Positions 10,777 to 24,445 of a stretch of DNA of 44,174 bases are shown one piece after another. The stretch's first letter is position 1; each line of letters begins with the position of its first letter. The notes beneath the pieces are model-generated. The model was not told the DNA's origin. It worked only from the letters and a program-made list of their open reading frames with translations, and did no database searches. A program made the position numbers and the translations under genes. The DNA comes from Octopus bimaculoides (taxonomy: Eukaryota), in assembly GCF_001194135.2 (NCBI RefSeq), contig NC_068981.1, forward strand, positions 77,364,924 to 77,409,097, written 5' to 3'.

Positions 10777-11359
10777 TGTATGTATGTACGTATGTATGTG
10801 TACGTATATATATATATAATACACATTAATTGAAATAGAGTTTCCCCAAAATTAAACATCTAAAATAATAAATGCGCAAACTAATTTCAATGTGTCAGTG
10901 TGTCACACTTTGACCCCCTGTCTCACTATTCAATGACACTTCCTCGTGCTGAGGTGAGAATAAGGATAGGCATAGAGACCGTGAGAGCGGTGGCGAAAAC
11001 AGGAACAGAAAGAGAGAGAGGGAGAAAGAAAGAGAAACCAAAAGAGAGGAAGAGAAAGAGAGACAAAGAAATTTAGGGAGAGTTCATGATGTTTTATTAA
11101 AAGTAGTGTTGATGGTGGCAATGAGAGTAATAATAGTGGGTATGTGAGAGAAAGATGGTGATGATGTACAACTTTCCTGGACATAAATACCTGTGGCCAA
11201 CATACTGAACCAACTTCTGAACACTATCATTTTTTGTTTATTTTTTGCTTTCTTTAATACATACATATATGTGTGTGTGTATGTGTGGGTGTACGTGTGT
11301 GTACATATATACATATGCATACACACAAAAATACACACAACGCACACACACACACACAA

Positions 11360-11394
<35 letters not shown>

Positions 11395-11907
11395 ATACAC
11401 TTTAATTGAAATACAGTTTTCCCNNNNNNNNNNTAACAAATGTGAATGTCAGTGTGACGCACTTTTTCAACTTTATTCCTAGAGGCTGTAGCCCAACATA
11501 CCTTACCATCTTGGAATCAAGCTGACTCCGTGAGTAAAATGAAAACATTTCGGGCCGAATCCGGACCTGCAATCCTGAAATTCTGGCTTCCTATATTTCC
11601 ATTACTGCGATTGTTTTCGGCGATTTTTATTTATTTATTTTTTTACATGATTTTTTGCGACGAATATGGTGATCATTGGGATATGGTCATCATTAGGACA
11701 CTGGAGAAAGCAATTGCAACAAATTCTCCAAAATAAGTCATTTAAGCTAGTCATTTATGCATGTGTGTGTGTGTGTGTGGGTTGTGGGTGTGGGTGTAGG
11801 TGTGAGCGCATGTATGAGTATGATGGCATGTGGGTGGGAGAATTGGGAGCACATCAAGCAAAATACCAAATTGTGTTTATTTGCATTCTTTTATGTTCTG
11901 AGTTAGT

Positions 11908-12229
11908 GGAGGCGCAATGGCCCAGTGGTTAGAGCAGCGGTCGTTGTGAGTGTTTATTGAGCGAAAGCACCTAAATCTCCACGAGGCTCCGGCAGGGGAT
12001 TGTGGCGAACCCTGCTGTACCCTTTCACCACAAATTTCTCTCACTCTTACTTTCTGTTTCTGTTGTGCTTGTAATTCAAAAGGTCACGCTGAATATCCCC
12101 GAGAACTACGTTAAGGGTACACGTGTCTGTGGAGTGCTCAGCCACTTGCACGTTAATTTCACGAGTAAGCTGTTCCGTTGATCGGATCGACTGGAACCCT
12201 CGACGTCGTAAGCGACAGAGTGCCAACAA
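11908..12229 (+). mobile_element. tRNA-derived SINE with Deu/Nin-like central domain (B box missing)
   Basis: A-box head GGAGGCGCAATGGCCCAGTGGTTAG. GTGCTCAGCCACTTGCACGTTAA resembles the Deu/Nin core. The tail ends GTGCCAACAA. Confidence 0.7.
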
Positions 12230-12707
12230 ATGTTCTGAGCTAAATTCCACTCACTCTTCTCTTTTTCCGACGAGGGAGTCTCTACGTAGTTGCTTAACCT
12301 GCTGGAATTATTTGCCAGATCTCCCTCAAAACATATCTAACTTCCATAATAAAGAGACGTTGTACAAATTAGTACCAGACATCTTACGGCTAAATACACA
12401 AGGATGGTTACAACTTCAATACTTTTGATCACTGGTCTGTTTATTCAAAAAAGTAAAGGACAACAGCTCCCCGCCAAAAAATCAACATTAACAACACTAA
12501 GAGAAGTACTGAGTTAACTATAGTTAATTACACTCCAGACCGACCGCAGCCATTAGAAAAATAGAAGATATTATTGAATGTATATTGAGGTAACTTAATT
12601 GAGAATAAATTAATTATTAATTAGAATTCAAAATACATTTCATTTTAAAATCTAATACTTTTAAAACTAGTAAAACTAAATTAGCGGTATTTTCGCAGAA
12701 TAATTAT

Positions 12708-12830
12708 TGTGGCGAACAAAATGCCTTGCGGTGTGCGTTTCATCTCTTTACGTTCTAAATTCAAATCCCACCGCGGTCGGTTTTACCTTTCATACTTCTG
12801 TGTTTGAGAAAATAAACTTTCTCTAACAAG
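12708..12830 (+). mobile_element. Degenerate Meta-domain SINE fragment
   Basis: TTACGTTCTAAATTCAAATCCCACCGCGGTCGGTTTTACCTTTCAT resembles the copy at 41300-41523. Confidence 0.45.
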
Positions 12831-13021
12831 CGTCGATATAATTGACTCTTCCTTTCCTCAAGAACTGAGACCTTGCGTCTGTATAAAAACAAATCAATAA
12901 TGCTTGCATTAGAAATATTCTAGACATTTAAAGTTAAGATTGTATTGTTGATATTTGTTTATACGTTCACTCAAATGGAATTTTGGGCGGTACAAACGAC
13001 GCATAGTTTGTGACGAATACC

Positions 13022-13061
<40 letters not shown>

Positions 13062-13383
13062 CAGACATACAGTAAATATATATGCTCCAATAAATGACTA
13101 TGATTTTAAACTTATTTCTTATATATCACTCTGTGTAAAACCAGTTTGTCTGAGCCTATCCACAGATTTACAATATAGAATTGTGATAAACCATAACCTA
13201 GGGCCCTACTTTTCCAATCTCTCTTCTTCACTTTTCATGTTTTTATTACTATTCTTACATTCATAGGAATAAGATAACAATTCTTTTGATTTCACAGAAT
13301 AGTTCTTTGCTGGTCCTATGTTTTTATTATATATTTGGCGTGGAAAGCTGTTGACCGCCGCAGCTCTTTGATTTATCGAAAAG

Positions 13384-14755
13384 ATGTCTGGGTCAAGTCG
13401 AACTGAAAGAAGTAATGCCAAAAGGAATCCTAAAATGGTTACAATTGATATTAAACTAGTTATTTTAAATCGAAAGGTTTGCTGCAGGAGAAAAGTAAGA
13501 TACATTACCAAAACATTATAGTTTACAACGTCTACAGTGGAGACTGTATGTGACAAGAGAAAATTAAGTCAAGAAATCAAGGTGTTACACCGTTAATTAT
13601 TTGGATCTAACGTGATGTTTGACATAGGATGTCTCTTAAGTGTATGAATCGGAGGTCAATATGGCGTAATATCCTGATAATTACGGTGGTAATTTTAAAA
13701 AAGCTGCCATTTTATGTGGCAATTTGCAGAATAATGAACTTCAATTGAAACTCCTTTTCAACATATATAGGCTGTTTTGAAAGTTTGAAGAAGCACTTGA
13801 ATTTGCACATAGAAATTACCGGTGAAGCTGCCAATTCTAATACAGAGGCTGTTACTAATTATCTTGAGAAGCTGAAGAATTATTATTAAAGAGGCTACCC
13901 AGGGAAAGTATATAATGTTGATGAAACTACACTATTCCGAATGCTCATACTTGCTAGAAGTTATATTTCTCGAACAGAAAATTTAACCACAGCTTTTAAA
14001 GCTCCCAAAATCGTATGATGCTTCTTCTAGGAAGAAATGCCCTTGGTAGTCTAAAACTAAAACCCCTATTCGTGTATTGGTCCAAGAATCCAAGGGCTTT
14101 CAAATGTTATGCAAAAGTTTTATCTATCTCTGATTTGGAGTCAAATAAGAAAGCATGGATGACTACGAGCTTTTCCGCAGAATGGTATACAAATGTCTTG
14201 TCCTACTATAGAATGGCACAATGCCAGGCATATTATTTTCAACGAAGCACCGCTCGTCTTAGACAATACATCAAACCAACTAGGGAACTTAAATGAGTTT
14301 TCTGATAATGTGAGTTGTAGAATATATCCCCTAGTTAAACGATTACTTTGTTCCAACCAACGAATCAGAATGTGACAGGTAACTTCAAGGAATATTATCT
14401 TAGAACTTTCAAAGGATTTATGAACGCGATTGACAGGGATGATAAACCTACAGTTAGAAACTTTTGGAAGTAGTTCCACATAGCAGACACTGGAGATAAC
14501 ATAGCTGAGTCATGGGTTAAAGTGAAGCCTTCAAATTTGAATGGTGCTTTGAAAAATATGTAGCCACACTGTATCTGTAACTTTTCGCGTTTTCCCCAAG
14601 TATAAAATCTACACCAAATTCGGAAAGGTGTTATGGCATTTTCAAATAATGTACGTTGTGAAGAAATCATAATGGATGAAATGGATGAATTTCTAGTGCC
14701 CCGTAAGGAAAGTGTATATAGAGAGGATTTGATAGTGTTAACGGGCGAAAACTAA
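13384..14755 (+). pseudogene. Tigger/pogo (CENP-B-like, DDE_1) transposase remnant
   Basis: HTH start (KRNPKMVTIDIKL), GEAANSN, VYNVDETTLF, RMMLLLGRNALGSLKLKPLFVYWSKNPRAFK, SNKKAWMT..F.AEW, LVLDN. Many stops and frameshifts. Confidence 0.9.
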
Positions 14756-15306
14756 GAATGCAAATTCCACTTAAATACTTAAATTGGCTGCAGAGATTAT
14801 TGCAAGAGGCTCGGCACGTATAAATGAATGTCTGCAATTTTTTTGCTGATAACGATGCTAATCATAAACGTGCTATAAAAATTATAAGAAAAATTTACGA
14901 TAAACTCAATTCCTACACTAAACGATAAAATGTTTTGTAAGTTCATTAACCCACAAACAATAATGATAATGAGGAATTATAAGATAGAAGGCAATGTCCC
15001 TCATTTCCCCGAGAACTCTTTTTCAACCACCACCCATCACAGTTATCAATATCTTTTGTGGGAACAACGTAGCCTGTTATGATATGAAATGTATTTCTTC
15101 CAACACGAATTTCTCTTCCATGATACGTAAACATCTTGTCAGGCCATGTTTAGAAATTCATATTTTCAGACATAAATATAGTCATGCTGTTTATTTTCTT
15201 GCTGGTGTTTTGTTTTGGTTTCTGGGAGAGGTGGGGTGTCGAAAAATAATTCTTCAGAACAAGAAAAAGGGATAATTAATTTCGCATTTCGAATCACGGC
15301 AGATTT

Positions 15307-17600
15307 CACTGGACAACAAAGATGTTGCTACTGGGGTAAAAGCATGTGTTTGGGACTAAATCAAGGATGCTGATTCCATCTCCGCATTCATAATTGTTCT
15401 GGCACATCAGAATTTAGAGTTATGCACATGCGCAAGATTATAACTATACCTTTCGGCTAGATATAGGCCATATCATAAAATTGCTAAAATGAAAGCAATC
15501 TTAATTCAAAATTAAAGAAATAACAGCAATAGAACAAACAATGAGAAAATTATTTATTTAGTTTAGCAATATATGGCGCTGATGTATTGTGTGCATGTGC
15601 CAAATACGTCAGTTTGTTCTTGGTAACGCTCAGTGTCGTTTGCGCTGCCGCCAGGTGTGGTATGTATATCTCTCGCTTAGCCTGATTACTGTTTCCACTG
15701 TGTTCATCGTTTTAGATTCGGAGAGGCTGTGAATCACCCAGAAACTTTCGTTATGTTTGTGGAAAATTTGCTCCGCATGACCAGCGAAAGAACATTGCCA
15801 CCAAATTAAAAACTACCTATAAATATTATTTCGGGTGTAAAGTCGGGAAACAAGACAAGAGATGAGCACCTCATATATGCTGCACCGTATGTGAGTCAGG
15901 GCTTACACAGTGGCTGAATGGAAAACAGAAGGGAATGCCTTTTGCTGTACCAATGGTATGACGTGAACCAACCAATCTTGTCTCTGAATGTTACTTTTGC
16001 ATGACTAATATTAGTGGTTTCTCAAAGAAAACCAAAGCAAAAATTGTTTATGCAGATTGTAAGTCGGTTCTAAAGCCGATCCCGCATGATTCGAGAACCA
16101 TGTCCTAGTTCCCCTCTTACATGATTCACTTGAAGACCTTGACACGTAGCACGATGAGCCTCCTGATTCTCCTATCGACGAAGAGTACGTAGTTGATTCT
16201 AAGAAAAATGAGCCACGCTTGTCGAGAAGATTTGAACGATTTAGTATGAGACCTAGCATTGTCAAAAGGGAAGGCAAAAGTTTTGGGATCCAGACTACAG
16301 CAAAGGAATCTCCTACAGCAAGGTACGAAAGTTTCCATTTTCCGTTCTCGCCATAAAGGCTTATCTGTCTTTCTCAAGCAAGAAAATAATTCTTGTTTCT
16401 GTACTGACGTTAATGCACTCACGCAAAAACTAGAACACTTGCACGCGGCTAACGAATGGAGATTGTTTATAGACTTGAGTGGGGTTAGCCTCAAAACTGT
16501 GTTGTTACATAATGCTAATGAAAAATCTTCCATTCCTGCGGGTTATGTTGTCGGTATGGAAAAACTGAAAGGAGTTAATTACTCAGTTCAGAAGTGGAAT
16601 AACTGTGGTGATTTAAAGGTGGAAAAACTGAAAGGAGTTATTTACTCAGTTCAGAAGTGGAATAACTGTGGTGATTTAAAGGTGATTTCTCTCCTCCTAG
16701 GATTGCAGCTGAGATATTCCAAAAATATGTGCTTCTTGTGAGTTTGGAACAGCCACAACGACAGCAATCATTAAAAGACTGGCCTAAAAGACATGCGCGC
16801 ATAGTTGGTCGGTACAATGTAGAGCATATCCCACTGGTAGATCCAGAAAAGATCTTCCTTCCATCCCTTCACATCAAACGCGGCCTCATGAAGAACTTTG
16901 TAAAAGCAATGACACTCGATGGTTGTGGCTTCTTCCTAAAAGTAAAATTTGGTGCAGAGAGAAGTGACGCAAAACTGAAAGCAGGAACTTTCATTGGACC
17001 CGAGATCAAAGAAATGATGTCTGATAGCAAATTCAGAGGTAAACTGAATCCAGTTGAGCTGACGGCAGGGGATTCATTCGTATTAGTTGTACAGAACTTT
17101 CTTGAAAATCATAGAGCTGAAACTAGGCTGATTTAATAAGCCACATGCTAATAGCATATGAAAGAATAGGATGACGAATGTACCTTAAAATGCAGTTCTT
17201 ACTTTCTCATCTCGATTTTTTTCCAACGAATCTTGGTACCGTTAGTGATGAGCATGATGAGAGGTTCCACCAGGACATATCTGAGACGGAAACAAGGTAT
17301 CAAGGCCGGTTCAATCCAAACATGATAGGTGACTACTGCTGATACCTACAACGGGAGATCAGCATAACGCTTAAGCGCAAGAACAGTGTCTCAAACATTT
17401 CTGAGCTGAGCATATCAAAAATAAAGTGAGTACTCCCTTAACATAAATATACCATGTACCATTATGTTATAATACTATTTGCCTTGAACATAACTATATT
17501 ATATACAGTACTAAGATACTCTTATGATAATTATTTACCTTGGAGCTGTTTACTCCCGTAACGCAGAGGTTTTCAGTGCCTTCAGTGACCCTGACTCCAA
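15307..17600 (+). mobile_element. Chapaev (Chapaev3-like, CMC superfamily) DNA transposon, decayed
   Basis: 5' end CACTGGACAAC. Chapa-type Cys/His motifs NHPE..YVCG, YFGCKVGKQDK*APH..C..C, PMV*REP..CYFC. Also W..CGDLKV, LPSLHIKRGLMKNFVKAM, SDAKLKAGTFIGP, SHLDFFP.NLG.VSDEH.ERFHQDI. The right TIR is only partial. Confidence 0.85.
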
Positions 17601-17899
17601 TCCACTTATACACGCAGACACACATGCAGAAACTTATACACACACAAACACACACACACACACACACATATGTATATTCGTATATTCGTATATACACACA
17701 AACAAAAAGAAATATTTTCAATCACAGTTTGACACATAGATAGGCTGTCTGCATTATGGCGTTGTGCAGAAAATTAAGATTTGTCATTCATGTCTTTACC
17801 GAAAGATTTAGAAATGGAAGTGAAATGAACATTAACGAATGGGCTTGAAACTGAGCTAAAATATCGTCTCAAAGAAAGATTAGGTCTTATATACGAGTG

Positions 17900-18116
17900 C
17901 AAATACACACATAAAAACACGCATACATACATACATACATACATACATACATACATANNNNNNNNNNGCATACATACACGCACACACAAACATGTACGTG
18001 TGTGCATGTGTGTGTGTGTGTGTGTGTGCATGCCCAGTTGTATATGTATGTGTCCGTTCATGTACACACGGGCATACGCTCATGCAATCAATATATGTGT
18101 TCATACATATACATTG

Positions 18117-18193
<77 letters not shown>

Positions 18194-18224
18194 GGCAGGC
18201 AGACAGACAGACAGACAGACAGAC

Positions 18225-18281
<57 letters not shown>

Positions 18282-18950
18282 CATAGATGGACAGACAGAG
18301 AGAGACAGACAGATAGATAGATGTGTATGTATGTATGTATGTATGTATGTATCTATATAAATGAATATAAGGAGCGGGAGGGTCCGTTCCATCACATGAT
18401 AGAAGGTAAATCTCTGCGCGTACGCTCCTAAGTATGTTCCTGCTAGTTTATATGTAAATATGTCTGATAGCTGCAAGTATATGTCTGACATTGTGAATGC
18501 ATATTGGCATAAGGTACATATATGTATCCTTTCACCACATATATTTATACGTTTGGAGTTATTTGTATGTGTTTACATCTATGGAAAGTATTACACACAC
18601 ACAGAGGCAAACATATTTATGAGTGCATGTGTGCGTGTGTGTGTGGGTGTGTATGTGTGTGTGTGTGTATGCTCGCGTGTGTGTGTCTGCATGTGCGTGA
18701 ATGTGTGTGTGTGTGTGTGCGCGCGCGCGTCTCTGTCCATATAATATATTGTACATATATATATGTGTGTGTTCATATATGTGTGTATGTGTGTGTGTTT
18801 GCGTGTGTATGTATGCCTGTTTACGCATGTGTGAGGTATGTGTACATACTTGTTTATGCATATATAAAAATGTTTATATACATAGACACACACAAACACG
18901 CACGCTCACACACAAACACACACACTCAAACATACGTACAGACGAACACA
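17900..18950. repeat. Compound microsatellite block (CATA/GT/GATA/GACA)
   Basis: Direct tandem arrays. Confidence 0.95.
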
Positions 18951-19019
18951 CTGACAGTCTGTTAGACAGTGAAGACGGAGTTATTTGTCAACAACAAAAT
19001 ACCGGTTCAGACGATTTAA

Positions 19020-19296
19020 GACTAATCTAGTCAATATTTTTTTTATGCACCTGGCAGCAGTGATATTTTCTATAATGTCTACACTATTGAAATTTGACTA
19101 TTACACACAGCTATAAGACTGAAATCTTTCTGACAGTAGTGCCTAGAACCCATAAATATACGGGACGAAACATCAAATTCACAGGGACAGGGAATTGGTT
19201 GGAGTGTACAGTATTGATTAATATCTTTTCAGAAAGCACTCAGCTGGCTCCGTCAATGAACGCAAATATCTTATAGGAATTTCTTTGAATGTATGC

Positions 19297-19329
<33 letters not shown>

Positions 19330-21290
19330 TGTATGTATATATGTATTATGTGTGTATGTATGTATGTATTATGTATGTATGTATGTATGTATGTATGCAT
19401 GCATGCATGCATATATGTATGCATTATGTACGCATGTATGTACGAATTAATATATACTATGTACGTGTGCATAAAAATGTGTGTGTGTATGTGTGTGTGT
19501 GTATGCGTATGTGTGCGTGTGTAAATATACACACATACACACGTACATATAAACATTTCAATACTTTTTATTGTTGGCAGAATCGTCAGTACGTCTGGGT
19601 GGATTAACATATGCTCCAGTTAAAGATTGGGAACCAGGTTTCAAAATATCCTTGGACATAGAGGTTTCAAAATATCCTTGGATATACATTGCAAACAGTT
19701 TCAGATCGTCCATGAGGGTTTATTATATTGTTGATAATTTTGTACTCGTAACTGGTGTTATTCAATTCGTTTGAAAGTGGGATCAGTGCCATGCAAAAAA
19801 GTAATGGAGAGAGGGAGTCACCTTAAAAGATGCTTCGTTTGATGCTGTTAAATTGTCTCATCATATTCCTATAGTTTAGAAATGGACGTATGTTCTACTT
19901 GACCATGCTATTCTGCAATAATTTGGTGACGACAGGAGACATCTTCTATACATCAAGGTGCATGAAAATCCATTTATGTAGGACATTATCAAACGCTTAC
20001 CTGTGGCCTATCCATGCCGTACTCAGGTTCTTGTAGTTGCTCTGGCAATTCTCTGAAATCATTCTATTTATGAGCAATTGGTCTTTGCACCCACAAGAAT
20101 TTCTTTTAAAACCCTTTTGAGTTTGTGGAAGAATAGAGTTTTGTACATGGCGAGAGGACATTCTTTCAGTTATTATGAATGTGAGAATCTTCTAAGTGGT
20201 GTTAAGACATGTTATTGGACGGTAAGTCTTCAGTTTTTGGTAATAGGTTGGTAGTTCCTTCAGTCAGCTAGGCAGGTATTTCCTCTGGGTTCTGAATGAT
20301 ATCAGTTAGAGATACAGCGAGATTTTCCTGTACTTCTGTCAAACAATTCAACCAGAAGTTAGGGACCCTGTCCAGCTTTAGAGCTTTCTATTTAACAGTA
20401 TTTCTAACTCATCTATTCTGTTTGTTATACAGTGAAGACGGAGTTATTTGTCAACAACAAAATACCGGTTCCACTTCGGTTCTTCAACTTCATCCAGTCT
20501 CACTTTCTCACGCTCTGTCCAGTCAACTTTAGCACTATACTATATTTCGTCGTTCGCTATCTTCTTCAAGAACTCTTCTATTTCCTTAATCTTATGTGTC
20601 TCCTTTACCTCTATGTTACTTTTGCCAATTTCCCTATAAATCTTCTTTGATTCCTCGTTGGGAAGCTGATTTACTACTCGTACACTAGTAGTTGCCTATT
20701 TCATCTACATGGTTGCTATTTTCATATGGTCAACTGTGAAATATTTGTGTCTTAATTTGGTCAATTTCAGCGCCAGTTAGTCTTTTGTTCTTAATATCTC
20801 TACGTACATTTATTTGCATCTATATATCTTCGTACTTCATTACCTACTAAATTTCTACATGAAGTGAATGTTTGTACAAAGATGTTATTGTTTGGGTTAG
20901 CTACTGTATAGAAAGCTTTCAAAACTTCTTTATGGTCCTCTGTAATCCATTTTATGTGTTTTGTTATAGGTGTTTTTAGTGGAATTACTAGAGGTCTGGA
21001 GTTAGAATTATTCTGGTTCTGCTGACCTGTTAGGTTGTCGGTTTGAGAATCTGTTCAAGATATTTTTGAGAACCGTTCCCCACTCGGGAGTGTTTCGGAA
21101 CAAGTCACTCATATTTGTTTCATTTTCTCTGTTTTGTGGGGTTGTGCATCCGTAGATTTCATTCAATATCATGTTTATTTTAGAGATTATGTAACACATT
21201 ATACTTTACACGTCTATATCTAACCGTGCGTGTATATTCCTTATTTTTGCCTCTGGTGTTTTTTGCCTCTCCATTAGAAACGCTTACCTG
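19020..21290 (-). mobile_element. R4/Dong-like non-LTR retrotransposon remnant, copy 1, split by a microsatellite at 19285-19560
   Basis: Minus motifs in order: KKIYREIG..EIEEF, PNFWLN, QKGFKRNSCGCKDQLLINRMI..AFDNVLHKWI, IKRSIF*GDSLSP, MDDLKLFA, KILINTVHSN. GCKDQLL and MDDLKL are typical of R4-clade RTs. Confidence 0.82.
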
Positions 21291-21835
21291 GGAATTTACT
21301 TAAAGTGAAGAAAATGCCTATGCAACAGATAAGTCGTTTTAATAGCATATTTCTGTGTACCAGACCTTTAGCTGTTATTTTCAGCATAACAAGTTTTCTG
21401 GTGATGGCTTCATTTACCTTCATTGCTTGTTTGTTGCTTCAGTAGAAATCTATGGATGCATAAAAGCACAAAACGGAGAAAATGAAACAAATATGGACGA
21501 CTTGTTCCGAAACACCACTGAGTGAGGGAACAGTTATAAAAAATAACCCCCAATTGTTTTCTCCCAAAATTCCTGTCTTTGAAATTTACGTAGTCCGAGA
21601 TATATTTGTAAAGGATTTCATTAAAATATATCCATTTACTTGAAAGTTAAGACGAATCGAGTGGACTCTGGTGAATTTTCCGATATTCCACACCCCATCC
21701 CCTCCTAAAAACCTCTCCCCAAAAACTTTTATATATTCGGAATCTACATGATATAACACATATTCGTAGAAAATTTCATTAAATAAATATCCATTTTTCT
21801 GAATGGGGAAAAAATCTGTACTTATGCCGAATTGT

Positions 21836-22240
21836 CTTCATCATTTCACCACTTGGCCACCATATGCCTTCTGTCTTGGCTAGCTTTCCTCGTCTCATCA
21901 CCAGCGTAGAATATTTTGATAGTCCAAACTCCATTTTAATAGCTTTGGAGAAAATCCACACAGACTGGACTAGGCTGTCCAGTTTTGCCTCAGATTTTGT
22001 GAATAGCTTCAGGTCATCCATGAATAAGCAAGTGGTTCAGTTTTTCTTTGCCTCTTCCCAGATCTTACTTCAATTTTGTTTTCTGTCGAATTTCATTCAA
22101 GGGGATCATTCCTAGCACGAATATCAGTGGGGACACACTGTCCCCCTGGAAGATTCCTCTCTTGATTTTCACCTCTCCTAGTACATGCTTCGCTGCTGTC
22201 AATTCCGTCCTCCAGCATTTCATGCTATTCAATATAAGGC
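21836..22240 (-). mobile_element. R4/Dong-like RT fragment, copy 2
   Basis: VKIKRGIFQGDSVSPLIFVLGMIPL, MDDLKLFTKSE..MEFGLSKYSTLVMRRGK. Confidence 0.88.
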
Positions 22241-22445
<205 letters not shown>

Positions 22446-23206
22446 TTAATCGAAGCTGAAGCAACTTGAATCGTACCTCTGCATTTCATGGTGGCTGTTA
22501 CTTCCACGCTTCGACGGAATAACCTTCCACGATAGATGATACAAGAAGCTTCATCTACTATGAAAATTAACGATCTATCGCATGAAATGTGTAATAGTTG
22601 TTCTTCGTAACAAAACAGTTGTTCTTCGAAACAAAAATTCTCACCAATCAGTGTGAGACTAGGCGAAGGCATGAAATCTACACATGAAAGATCCTTGAAT
22701 GACTCACGCCAAACGTCGATACTAAAAATTATATCTTGATATGTTCGAACACTGCACTGAACCAAATATTTCACCCTCCTTATAGAAAATCAGAACGACA
22801 TGCTGCAACAGTTTAGAATTCTATAAGCTCTTTTAATGAGTTGCCGCAGGAACTAAATAACAGATCTTTAACTGAGATACTGAAGAAACTGTGTAATCTG
22901 CAAAGATCGAATGCAAATGAATTTAAGACAAACTATGCTAACCTACTGTTTGCGAATCCAGACGAACCTAAATTACGGTCAGAAACGGAACTGATGTCAG
23001 CGCATGAAATCCCGTTATTCACCACAAGTTAAACTTCATAGAATTATTAGCAATTGAAGAGATGTGCTCCAGCATGGTCGCTGTTATTGAGCTGCGGGAA
23101 ATTTTAAAAGATAGGAAACTAAAAGAACCTCGTACATACATATTTTTATGTATCTATATGGATATGCATGTATATATATCTATGCATGTATATATTTGTC
23201 TGTATT

Positions 23207-23238
<32 letters not shown>

Positions 23239-24299
23239 CATACACACACAAACATACCCACACACATACATTAATATATACACAGATACTTACATACACA
23301 CATGCATGCATACGTGCATACATACATACATGCATACATATGTGTATCTGTGTGTGCGTGTATTCTTAAGCTGCCACGTTCAAAGAAACATTACTAGGCC
23401 ACTTAGAACGAAGAAATCTGCCTCAGAAATCAACGCATTTGAAAGTTTAACACGTATTATTATCAGGTCTTAACACGACATGTGAATTAAGAGATTTTTC
23501 TCTCTAACATCTTTCAATTAGTTTGTTTAAATGTTATCGCAAGTGCATGCACCGAGGACGTAATGGTAAAAATTTGTTAAATCCGAAACTAGTTCCTGTT
23601 TAATAATGCTTTTTTAGGTGATTTTAAATGTCTTGCCCGCTCACGTTTTTGGTATGCTGCTATATTTCATGTTGAGAACAACTTAGGTCTTAATAGACAC
23701 AAGAGGTGATCTATTTCTAGCGCATTAATTGTCCACGTTAGTGGTCGACGTTATTTTTTAATATANNNNNNNNNNNNNNNNNNNNNNNNNNNNNNNNNNN
23801 NNNNNTATATATATATATATATGCATGTATACATGCATACATACATACATACATACATACATGCATACATACATACACCATACACGTAGGCGCGCACACA
23901 CATATAAATATATGTATTTATACATATATATATATATTGGATTCTGGTGAGTTCAGTGTTCCTAATCAGAGTCCATTGGGCTCTGAATGTGAACAAGAGC
24001 TGTGTTTGAGCAAAAAGAAAAAAGAAAGAAAAAACAATAAATGGATATAAGCCTAATACAAAAAGTATTTGTTGAACGTTCTTCCGACTATTTCATTCTT
24101 ACTGACTGAAATAAATCAGAATGGAAACTATGGTTTCTTTGAAACCTGAATGGAAATGTGGAGATCATTCTTAGACCAGAGACGACTCTGTCTTCTATGA
24201 TAGTAATAGAGTGGTCTCTGCTAAAATTTCCTATTGTCAAGGTGGCGGTATCGAACTGGGTGACAGGTTAAGTCGTTGTGTATATCATTATTATGAAAT

Positions 24300-24445
24300 A
24301 AGCAATTCTCGCTGAGGTCATCATTGCTTTCATCCTTCTGAAGTCGATACAATAGGTAAAATTCAGATACTGGGGTCGATATAATCGACTGTAACCATCC
24401 TTCATATTCGAGGCCTTGTGTTTATGTGAGAAATCAATATCACAC
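24300..24445 (+). mobile_element. Degenerate Meta-domain SINE 3' part
   Basis: GAGGTCATCATTGCTTTCATCCTTCTGAAGTCGATA...TACTGGGGTCGATATAATCGACT. Confidence 0.6.

Noticed and set aside
22450-23130. Possible hAT transposase remnant (LYLDMFEH)
   Set aside because: The motif match is too weak to support.
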